Origin: Bacteroidota bacterium
GTDB lineage: Bacteria; Bacteroidota; Bacteroidia; Bacteroidales; GCA-2748055
Assembly (NCBI GenBank): GCA_051746185.1
Contig: JBNJEV010000001.1
Coordinates: forward strand, 88,201 to 152,200
Direction of reading: 5' to 3'
DNA length: 64,000 bases
Part shown: piece after piece, positions 38,345 through 46,206 of the stretch
Numbering within the stretch: position 1 is the stretch's first letter
Layout of the letters: each line of letters starts with the position of its first letter
The notes under the pieces: model-generated
Databases searched by the model: none
Told to the model about the DNA's origin: nothing
Seen by the model: only the letters and a program-made list of their open reading frames with translations
Translations under genes and position numbers: made by a program

Positions 38345-38802
38345 TGCATGGACTAAAAAATCTGCCCGATCCCGCTGCAAACCGCCTGCTTTTCGTTGGA
38401 ATCGGAAATCTCCTGAAAAAGGATGACGGGGTGGGGGTTTATATTTCCGAAAGGATCAGGGAAACAAAAAATATCATTAAACTTACGGTAGAAGTAAGCA
38501 TTGAGAACTATATCGGAAAGATCAACCGGATCAATCCCGATCATTTGATCCTGATCGACTGCATGAATTTTAACAAGCAGCCCGGTTACTTCAGACTTCT
38601 CCCCGTTGAGCAGGTACGGTCCCATGCCGTAAGCACCCACCATATTTCCCTGAAACAGGTGTCCGAATTGTTCAGGATGCCGGTCTGGGTGCTGGGAATC
38701 CAACCCCGGGACACCTCATTCGGAGAGAACCTGAGCCCGGAGGTCAAACGTTCGGCCGACCTGATCATTCACGAACTGGGAAGGGCGCTCCCTGAGACCT
38801 GA
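38344..38802 (+). CDS. Hydrogenase maturation endopeptidase (HycI/HyaD family)
   Basis: LLFVGIGNLLKKDDGVGV, LILIDC and STHHISL are protease metal-ligand motifs. The ATG overlaps the preceding TGA. Confidence 0.85.
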   Translation: MHGLKNLPDPAANRLLFVGIGNLLKKDDGVGVYISERIRETKNIIKLTVEVSIENYIGKINRINPDHLILIDCMNFNKQPGYFRLLPVEQVRSHAVSTHHISLKQVSELFRMPVWVLGIQPRDTSFGENLSPEVKRSADLIIHELGRALPET

Positions 38803-38974
38803 TTTACTCTTTCTGCTGCTCCCCGGTATAAGGATATCCTGGGATACCGTTCTGGAGTACCACCGAATAATAGATGGAAGCAAAGGCTAAAGGACCATAC
38901 CCATCATATTTTTGTGAAAACCGGGGTCAGGAACCGGGTACAGCTTGCGAACCTGATCCGGTCAGATTGAGTGT

Positions 38975-39475
38975 ATGCAGACAAATAAGGAAAAAGTACT
39001 GAGGCTGCTTGAGGAGCTGCAGATCCCTTATGAGCTCCATGAACATCCTCCTGTCGCCACGGTGGAGGAAGCTCTTCCCTACTGGAAGAAGATCGACGCC
39101 ACCCACTGCAAAAATCTCTTTTTCAGGAACCACAAGGGCAACCGGCATTACCTGGTGATTCTGAAACATGACCGTCAGCTGAACATCCGTGACCTGGAAA
39201 AAAGGCTGAAACAGGGAAAGATCACATTTGCCTCACCCCGAAGGATGGAACGCTATCTGGGGGTACCAGGAGGTTCCGTTTCCCTGTTCGGACTGGTCAA
39301 CGATAAAGAGAACCACGTGCACCTGTTCCTTGATGCCGGATTAAAGCCTGCTTCCAGGATCAGTTTCCATCCCAATGACAATACGGCCACCGTGGTCATT
39401 TCTTATTCTTCCTTCATGAAGTTCCTTGAATGGAGCGGCAATACATACGAATTCATTGATCTCTATCAAGGATAA
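38975..39475 (+). CDS. YbaK/ProX-type aminoacyl-tRNA editing domain protein
   Basis: 166 aa. Contains HCKNLFFRN.KGNRHYLVIL ... LGVPGGSVSLFGL ... FHPNDNTATV. Confidence 0.75.
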   Translation: MQTNKEKVLRLLEELQIPYELHEHPPVATVEEALPYWKKIDATHCKNLFFRNHKGNRHYLVILKHDRQLNIRDLEKRLKQGKITFASPRRMERYLGVPGGSVSLFGLVNDKENHVHLFLDAGLKPASRISFHPNDNTATVVISYSSFMKFLEWSGNTYEFIDLYQG

Positions 39476-39527
39476 TTCAGCACATGTTCACGCAATTTTT
39501 TTAAATTGCATCGAAATATCATTCACG

Positions 39528-40265
39528 GTGAAACATATCATTCCCATAAAAAGGCTTTTCCTGCTGCCGGTCCTGCTGTCTTTCTTCAACGCCTGCAGCC
39601 TGGATGATCCCGGACCCGAGATGCCGGATCCCATCCGATCCTATTTTATCCTCTATAACTATTACACGGTACCATTTGACCTGGAATGGGAATTCGAGGG
39701 ATATACACTATCCAAGCTGCACACCTACGGAGAAACCATCATTGGATATGTCAACCAGGATTCGGCCATGCAGGAGATCACGTTCGCAATAAAAAATCCT
39801 AACAGTGACACATTGATCCAGAGCGGCTATTTTGCAGTAAAAGAGAATAATTACTATATGGTCACGGTCATGGGAAGAGAAACAGAACCATATGTTCTGT
39901 TCGAACCCATGGACCTGAATCCTCCCGCCTTTGGAAAGATCAAGCTGCGGTTCGTCCACACTTCCGCCGATCTTGGTCCGGTAGATATTTATATCGGGGG
40001 TTCCACTGAAGAGTACAGGGTCGCTTCCGGGCTTTCCTACCAGGGGGTTTCTTCCTATTCAGAAACCACGCTGAACGAAATCAGCGATACCCTGGTGGTA
40101 ATGCCGCAAAATTCCATCCCCGAAACCGATACGGCCCTGATCACCTATAACAGCATCAGTATTTTTCATCCGGACCGGGTCTATCTCGGGGTGATCGGAC
40201 ATCCTGATCCATCTGACACTTCCACGGTAGATCTGATCTTCTATAATCAGCCTCTGGAAAACTGA
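39528..40265 (+). CDS. DUF4397-like lipoprotein (GTG start proposed)
   Basis: Lipobox LLSFFNAC. IKLRFVHTSADLGPVDIYIGG is typical of DUF4397 repeats. Confidence 0.6.
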   Translation: MKHIIPIKRLFLLPVLLSFFNACSLDDPGPEMPDPIRSYFILYNYYTVPFDLEWEFEGYTLSKLHTYGETIIGYVNQDSAMQEITFAIKNPNSDTLIQSGYFAVKENNYYMVTVMGRETEPYVLFEPMDLNPPAFGKIKLRFVHTSADLGPVDIYIGGSTEEYRVASGLSYQGVSSYSETTLNEISDTLVVMPQNSIPETDTALITYNSISIFHPDRVYLGVIGHPDPSDTSTVDLIFYNQPLEN

Positions 40266-40305
40266 TCGGTCCCTTACACATGATCAAACCAAAACAAATC
40301 AAACC

Positions 40306-40698
40306 ATGGAAAAGAGAAGGAATATGAGACAGCATGTATCCCTGGTGGCAGCATTGCATATAGGATTCGGGATCCTGGGACTGCTGGGAGCACTGGCATT
40401 TCTGATGGTATTCCGTTTCGCCCTTGGGTATATAGAATATGATCCCATTGCCAGCGAACTCATTCCCATCATCGGTAACACCATTATGCTGATCGTCGTC
40501 CTGTTCAGCAGCCTGGGGATTATTGGCGGGATCGGCCTTTTCTCATACAGACCCTGGGCACGGATCCTGGTGATGATCGTTTCAGCGATCAATTGCATCA
40601 ATGTTCCCATCGGAACCATCAAAGGGATCTATTCCATCTGGGTACTGATGCAGCCGGATACCATCGATCTGTTTGAAAACTTTGAGTCTTCTTCCTGA
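40306..40698 (+). CDS. Hypothetical 4-TM membrane protein
   Basis: 130 aa, hydrophobic. No family recognised. Confidence 0.5.
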   Translation: MEKRRNMRQHVSLVAALHIGFGILGLLGALAFLMVFRFALGYIEYDPIASELIPIIGNTIMLIVVLFSSLGIIGGIGLFSYRPWARILVMIVSAINCINVPIGTIKGIYSIWVLMQPDTIDLFENFESSS

Positions 40699-40723
40699 GA
40701 TCCTTTAAGCCGTTCCTCCACCT

Positions 40724-42523
40724 CTAATACCGTTCCCTCCCGGTATAATGGGTGTGCAACAGTTCGTGGGATTTATGGCCAAGCGGCTCACCCAGGAAAT
40801 CTTTGTAAATGGCAATGATCTCAGGATTTTCATGAGATTTCCGGTACTCCAGCGACATATCCTCTTCATAGATGGCCTCGGCCCGTTTCCGGCGAATCTC
40901 GTCATTGGTGGGAATGGGCTGACCGCCCCCGCCCAGGCATCCGCCCGGACAGGCCATGATCTCGATGAAATGTACATCCATCTCACCGTTCTTCACACTG
41001 TTCATCAGTGTTCTGGCATTCACCAGGCCATGGGCCACCGCACATTTCAGTTCCACGCCTTCCAGGAAATTCCACTCTTCCTTGCAGTCTTCGATCTTCA
41101 CCGAGGCAAGTCTCACTCCCTCCATCCCCCGGACCGGCATAATGTTCAGATCTTCGAAGGGGACTTCCCTGCCGGTAACAATTTCGTAGGCCGTCCTCAG
41201 GGCTGCTTCCATTACGCCTCCGGTGGCTCCGAAAATGACCGCCGCACCCGAGGAAACCCCCATGATGCTGTCGTAGGTATCATCCTTTAATTTGTTGAAA
41301 TCCACACCGGCCTGCCTGATCATTCTGGCCAGCTCCCTGGTGGTCAGCACGATATCAACATCCTTGTAGCCGCTTGAACGCATCTCCGGACGGTTGGCCT
41401 CATACTTTTTGGCAGTACAGGGCATGATGGAAACGCTTACCACATTCTTCGGATCCAGATCCCGTACCTTGGAGTAATAGGTTTTGGCCAGCGCCCCGAA
41501 CATCTGCTGGGGTGATTTGCAGGTGGAGACATTGTCCAGATATTCGGGGAAAGTATGTTCTATGAATTTAACCCAGCCCGGCGAACAGGAAGTGGTCATG
41601 GGCAGCTTAACCGAAGGATCTTTTTCCACAAGGGTTTTTTTCAGCCGGGTGAGCAATTCGGTCCCTTCTTCCATAATGGTTAAATCGGCTGTGAAATCCG
41701 TATCCAGTACGGAATCAAATCCGAGCCGTTTCAGGGCCGCCACCATCTTGCCGGTGACCCGGTCCCCTGCATCCAGCCCCAGCTCTTCTCCCAGTCCGAC
41801 CCTCACTGCAGGAGCGGTCTGAACCACCACGTGTTTTTCAGGATCCAGAACGGCATCCCATACCTCATCTATGTAAGTCCGTTCCACCAGTGCACCGGTG
41901 GGACATCGGTTCACACACTGTCCGCAGTTGGTGCAGATCACCTCTGCCATGGACAAATTCTCGAAGGTGCTGATCTTCTGTTCATCTCCTTTAAAGGCAA
42001 CGGTAAGCGCATTTACACCCTGCAATTGTTCACAGGTCCGCACACACCTCTGGCAACGGATGCATTTGCTGTCATCCTTCTGGATGGAAGGAGAAAACAT
42101 GTCGATCGTGTAGTCTTTGGGATCTACCAGATCCAGCAGGATATGATCTCCCACACAGAATTCATTCGACAGGTCCTGCAATTCACACTTTCCGTTCTTG
42201 TAACACTTGGTACAATCGGCCCTGTGTTCGGAAAGAAGCAGCTCGATCACATGTTTCCTGGCCGCCCTTACTTTCAGTGAATTGGTCAGGATCTGCATCC
42301 CTTCACTGACAGGGGCGGCGCAGGCTGCAACAAGTGACTTTCCTCCCAGCTGCTCAACCACACAGACCCTGCAATTTCCTGCCACACACAGGTCATCATG
42401 GTGACACAGCGTTGGAATTCGGAAATTCAAATTTTTCGCGGCCTCCAGGATGGTTGTTCCTTCCGGGACCTTGGTCAGAAGACCATTGATCGACAGATTT
42501 ACCATATGATTATTTTCCTTCAT
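40724..42523 (-). CDS. hydA: [FeFe]-hydrogenase catalytic subunit (HydA/HndD-like)
   Basis: N-terminal 2Fe-2S ferredoxin fold, a His-ligated cluster region (HRADCTKC), and two CxxCxxCxxxCP motifs. H-cluster motifs are TSCSPGW, MPCTAKKYEA and EIMACPGGCLGGGGQP. Confidence 0.9.
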   Translation of the reverse strand: MKENNHMVNLSINGLLTKVPEGTTILEAAKNLNFRIPTLCHHDDLCVAGNCRVCVVEQLGGKSLVAACAAPVSEGMQILTNSLKVRAARKHVIELLLSEHRADCTKCYKNGKCELQDLSNEFCVGDHILLDLVDPKDYTIDMFSPSIQKDDSKCIRCQRCVRTCEQLQGVNALTVAFKGDEQKISTFENLSMAEVICTNCGQCVNRCPTGALVERTYIDEVWDAVLDPEKHVVVQTAPAVRVGLGEELGLDAGDRVTGKMVAALKRLGFDSVLDTDFTADLTIMEEGTELLTRLKKTLVEKDPSVKLPMTTSCSPGWVKFIEHTFPEYLDNVSTCKSPQQMFGALAKTYYSKVRDLDPKNVVSVSIMPCTAKKYEANRPEMRSSGYKDVDIVLTTRELARMIRQAGVDFNKLKDDTYDSIMGVSSGAAVIFGATGGVMEAALRTAYEIVTGREVPFEDLNIMPVRGMEGVRLASVKIEDCKEEWNFLEGVELKCAVAHGLVNARTLMNSVKNGEMDVHFIEIMACPGGCLGGGGQPIPTNDEIRRKRAEAIYEEDMSLEYRKSHENPEIIAIYKDFLGEPLGHKSHELLHTHYTGRERY

Positions 42524-42538
42524 TTATGCAACCTTTCA

Positions 42539-43699
42539 TTAATAGATGATCTCTTCTTTGAAATTTTCCACAATGGAGCCAAAAGCATTTCCCACCGACT
42601 GACCGAGTCCGCATTTGGCTGCGATTTTCATAGTCCCGGCCAGTTTCACCAGTTCATCCAGATACTTTGAATTCTTTTCTCCACGCTTGACCGCTTCAAC
42701 CCCTTTCAGAAGCTGCTGACAACCCACCCGGCAGGGTGTGCACTGTCCGCAGGATTCCTCGGTAAAGAAATCAAGATAGTTATGCAGTACATTATACATC
42801 GAACGGGTGCTGTTGAATAATTTCATAGACCCTCCGGTGGGAACACCTTCAAATCCTATGATGGTTTCTTCAAATTTCTTCCTGGGAACGCAGAAACCGG
42901 CGGCACCCCCCACCTGGACAGACTTGGTATCACCGTCACCAAACTCCTCCACGAATTCATGCACCGACATTCCCAGTTCCAGTTCATAGATCCCGGCCTT
43001 GGGGGTATCCCCTGAAATGGAGAAAACCTTGGATCCCCTGGAATCCTTGGTACCCAGCTCCTTGAAACGTTCGGCCCCGTATTTCATGATCATGACCGCA
43101 TGCACAAGGGTTTCCACATTGTTGATAGCCGTGGGTTTGTTGAACAATCCTTCGGCTGTGGGATAGGGAGGCTTGTTTCTGGGTTCTCCCCTTTTACCCT
43201 CAATGGACTCGAACAGGGCACTCTCTTCACCGCAGATGTATGCGCCACTTCCCAGACGGATCTGGATCCTGAAATTCAGGTTGAATTCATCTGCCAGGCG
43301 ATGGAATTCATCCAGTGCCGTTCTCAGTTTAGGGATCAAAAATTTGTACTCTGCCCGTAAATAGACATAACCGGTTTTGGCACCCACCGCCCTGGCTGCG
43401 ATGGCCATCCCGCAGAATACCTTCCCCGGGACTTCATCCAGGATCTGACGGTCCTTGAACGTACCCGGTTCTCCTTCATCCGCATTGCAGACGATATATT
43501 TGACAGAATCCTTTTCCATGGCCGCGAACCTCCACTTCATTCCCGTAGGGAAACCTGCCCCGCCTCGTCCTTTCAGGTCAGAATCGAGTACTTCCTGGCA
43601 GATCGCATCGGGCTCCATGGCCATAATCTTTTCCATGATCTCCCGGCAAGCGACCTTTTCGAAAATGAGTTCAACCCGTTTGATATATTGTTCCTTCAT
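42539..43699 (-). CDS. NuoF-like flavoprotein subunit (HydB/HndC core only)
   Basis: GRGGAGFPTGMKW, NADEGEPGTFKDR and the ESCGQCTPCR...C (N3 cluster) motifs. At 386 aa it ends just after the fourth N3 Cys. Confidence 0.88.
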   Translation of the reverse strand: MKEQYIKRVELIFEKVACREIMEKIMAMEPDAICQEVLDSDLKGRGGAGFPTGMKWRFAAMEKDSVKYIVCNADEGEPGTFKDRQILDEVPGKVFCGMAIAARAVGAKTGYVYLRAEYKFLIPKLRTALDEFHRLADEFNLNFRIQIRLGSGAYICGEESALFESIEGKRGEPRNKPPYPTAEGLFNKPTAINNVETLVHAVMIMKYGAERFKELGTKDSRGSKVFSISGDTPKAGIYELELGMSVHEFVEEFGDGDTKSVQVGGAAGFCVPRKKFEETIIGFEGVPTGGSMKLFNSTRSMYNVLHNYLDFFTEESCGQCTPCRVGCQQLLKGVEAVKRGEKNSKYLDELVKLAGTMKIAAKCGLGQSVGNAFGSIVENFKEEIIY

Positions 43700-43719
43700 C
43701 AGTTCCTTTTTTGATGCTT

Positions 43720-44190
43720 TTACTTCTTGATGTATTCACGTAGTATTTCGGTTACCTTTTCCGATGTTAATTCAGTGTAAGGTGTATCATTGATAAGCAT
43801 TGCCGGTGCTTTGTGGCACCATCCGATGCAATTGGTCTCAAGAAGACTGAATTTCTTATCCGGCGAAGTTTCTCCGACCTGTATTTTCAACGTATCTTCA
43901 ATGGTGGTAAGCACGTCATTCTTACCCTTCATGGCACAGGAAATGGTCTTACAGATCCGGATCACATATTTTCCCCTCACCTCGGTATCAAGGAAGGAAT
44001 AGAATGTCGCGGTGCCAAATACATCTGCAGCCGATATGTCCAGTTCTCTCGCCACATCCACCATGTCCTGCTTGCTCAGATAGCGGTTGTGAACGACAAG
44101 GTCCTGCAATATGGGCAGCAGGCTTTCCCTGGTCCTGCCATGTTTGTTGGCAAGCTCTCTGACTAGTTCGTTTTCAATCATGGTCTCCAT
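43720..44190 (-). CDS. NuoE-like [2Fe-2S] thioredoxin-fold subunit (HydC/HndA)
   Basis: 156 aa. The spacing ICKTISCAMKG ... CIGWCHKAP fits the NuoE 2Fe-2S motif. Confidence 0.88.
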   Translation of the reverse strand: METMIENELVRELANKHGRTRESLLPILQDLVVHNRYLSKQDMVDVARELDISAADVFGTATFYSFLDTEVRGKYVIRICKTISCAMKGKNDVLTTIEDTLKIQVGETSPDKKFSLLETNCIGWCHKAPAMLINDTPYTELTSEKVTEILREYIKK

Positions 44191-44243
44191 GAATACTCAA
44201 ATTTTTTATATGTGATTGAAATAATGCTAGTTATATTTCTTTC

Positions 44244-44303
44244 TGTTATTTCTTTCACAAAATGAAGCGGTAAAAATAGCTTTTTGATGTGAACCATATA
44301 ACA
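44244..44303. promoter_or_regulatory. Two candidate Rex operators upstream of the [FeFe]-hydrogenase operon
   Basis: TGTTATTTCTTTCACA (44244-44259) and TGTGAACCATATAACA (44288-44303). Both fit TGTGAA-N4-ATAACA, the same pattern as 26491-26506. Confidence 0.45.
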
Positions 44304-44419
44304 ACAAAACTCATAATTTTTCAAGTTGCCCAAAATACAGATTCGTTCTAAATAAGACGCCGTGCTGAACCTCCTGAAAACAAGCGTTCCGGAGCTTTTT
44401 GGATATAAATAGCAAAATT

Positions 44420-44455
44420 AACTAACAATTTAGTTGCATAACTAAGTTTTTAGTT
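44420..44455. promoter_or_regulatory. Twin palindromic operators upstream of blaI-family repressor
   Basis: AACTAACAATTTAGTT (44420-44435) and AACTAAGTTTTTAGTT (44440-44455). Arms are AACTAA/TTAGTT, the sites are 20 bp apart centre to centre, and they end 19 nt before the ATG at 44475. Confidence 0.55.
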
Positions 44456-44474
44456 ATATATTTGTGGTAAGATC

Positions 44475-44870
44475 ATGAAAAAAGAATCCACCACACCACT
44501 GACCAAAGCAGAAGAACAGGTGATGCAAATCCTCTGGAAGGAGAAAAAAGGATTTGTCCGGGACCTGCTGCAGCATTTCCCCGATCCAAAACCTGCTTAT
44601 AATACGGTATCCACCATTATTCGTATCCTGGAAAAGAAAGGTTTCGTGAACCATCGAACATTCGGAAAATCACATCAGTATTACCCTGTTGTCAGCCTGG
44701 ACCAGTATCGCAATGAGCGTTTCACCAGCCTGATGAAAAATTACTTCAATAACTCCATGAAACAGGTGCTGTCCCATTTCGGGGAAAGTGGATCCATGGA
44801 TATCAGGGAAGTGGATGAGATCATCCGGATCATGGAAGAGTTAAAACATAAAGCCGAAAGTAATGAATAA
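44475..44870 (+). CDS. BlaI/MecI/CopY family transcriptional repressor
   Basis: 131 aa. The winged-helix N-terminus LTKAEEQVMQILW ... YNTVSTIIRILEKKGFV is characteristic. Confidence 0.85.
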   Translation: MKKESTTPLTKAEEQVMQILWKEKKGFVRDLLQHFPDPKPAYNTVSTIIRILEKKGFVNHRTFGKSHQYYPVVSLDQYRNERFTSLMKNYFNNSMKQVLSHFGESGSMDIREVDEIIRIMEELKHKAESNE

Positions 44871-46089
44871 CTTTTTCCAATACCTGCTCGAGCTGAACAT
44901 CGCAATGGTAGTCCTTTACCTGGGTTATCGCCTTTTCTTCGAAAAAGATAAAAATTTTACGGTGCGCAGGATCTACCTGATCGCCACCATGGTACTGCCC
45001 GTGCTGCTGCTCTTTCTTCCCGAATCGGCCAGCAATATGGCGGGCAGGATGGCACCGGTGAGCTTCCGTCTTGAGCAGATCACGGTGCTGGGAAAGGCTT
45101 CCGGACAGGAATCAGTTGTTAACGTTTCACCGTTGAAACTGGTCCTGTTCGTCTACCTGTTTATAGCCACGCTCGGACTGATCAAATTCCTGGTTGATCT
45201 GACCAAGATCCTGCTGACCGTAAAAAACTCCTCCCGGCTGGAGATAAACGGACTAACCCTGTATATTCATCCTGAACTGCATGCCAGTTCCTTTTTCGGA
45301 TATATTTTTATTGATCCCGCCAGGGTGCATGAGGATTCTTTCCATCACATCCTCGAACATGAACAGGTCCACAGACACGAGTGGCATTCCGTCGACCGGA
45401 TCCTGGCAGAACTCATCGTCCTTGTCAACTGGTTCAACCCGGTGGTGTGGATGATCCGGAGATCGGTGATCCAGAATCTCGAGTACCTGACCGATTCCAT
45501 TGTAGTCAACAAGGGGACCAATAAACACAAATACCAGTTATCCATATTGAATCAATATATAGGAAGCGTTTCTATAACCAATCAATTCAACAGTCAAATC
45601 AAAAACCGAATCAAGATGCTAAACAGAAGTGATAGAATGGGAAGCGCATGGAAACTTGCCATGATCTTTCCGATGGTATTCGTTACACTGTTCTTCTTTT
45701 CATGTACCGACAGAGAAAATATGATCCCTGCCGGGGATGAAAACCAGGAACAGTCCGAACCTGAAAGCGATATATTTTATATTGTGGAAGAAATGCCTTT
45801 GTTCCAGAATGAAGATCCCGCCCAGAGCTTCAGGAAATATATTGTGCAAAACCTGGAGTATCCGGAGAATGCAGCCGAAAACGGGATCAGCGGCCGCGTA
45901 ATCGTTCAGTTTACCGTAAACAGGACCGGCCAGGTGGTGGATGCGGTTGTGGTCAATAGCGTGGATCCCGCCCTGGAGAAGGAAGCCATCAGGGTCGTGA
46001 TGTCATCCCCCAAATGGACTCCGGGAAGGCAGAGGGGTCAGGCGGTCAATGTTTTATATACATTCCCCGTCAATTTTGCATTGCAGTAG
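44863..46089 (+). CDS. BlaR1/M56 peptidase-family sensor with C-terminal TonB-like domain
   Basis: 408 aa. TM N-terminus, HEXXH motif (EHEQVHRHEWH), and a C-terminal TonB-C fold (GISGRVIVQFTVNRTGQV...PGRQRGQAVNVLYTFPVNF). Overlaps the blaI stop (ATGAATAA). Confidence 0.8.
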   Translation: MNNFFQYLLELNIAMVVLYLGYRLFFEKDKNFTVRRIYLIATMVLPVLLLFLPESASNMAGRMAPVSFRLEQITVLGKASGQESVVNVSPLKLVLFVYLFIATLGLIKFLVDLTKILLTVKNSSRLEINGLTLYIHPELHASSFFGYIFIDPARVHEDSFHHILEHEQVHRHEWHSVDRILAELIVLVNWFNPVVWMIRRSVIQNLEYLTDSIVVNKGTNKHKYQLSILNQYIGSVSITNQFNSQIKNRIKMLNRSDRMGSAWKLAMIFPMVFVTLFFFSCTDRENMIPAGDENQEQSEPESDIFYIVEEMPLFQNEDPAQSFRKYIVQNLEYPENAAENGISGRVIVQFTVNRTGQVVDAVVVNSVDPALEKEAIRVVMSSPKWTPGRQRGQAVNVLYTFPVNFALQ

Positions 46090-46102
46090 AAACCAGAAAC
46101 AT

Positions 46103-46206
46103 GTGCTTTCTCATTTCGGAAAACCGGCTCACTTGATATCAAAGAGACCGATGAGATCATCCGCATGATGGAAGAACTGAAAGAAAAGGCAGGACACAAT
46201 GAATAA
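46103..46206 (+). pseudogene. 3'-terminal relic (approx. 34 codons) of a second blaI paralog
   Basis: Translates to AFSFRKTGSLDIKETDEIIRMMEELKEKAGHNE-stop. This parallels the C-terminus of the intact BlaI (SHFGESGSMDIREVDEIIRIMEELKHKAESNE) and has the same ATGAATAA overlap with the next gene. Confidence 0.7.
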
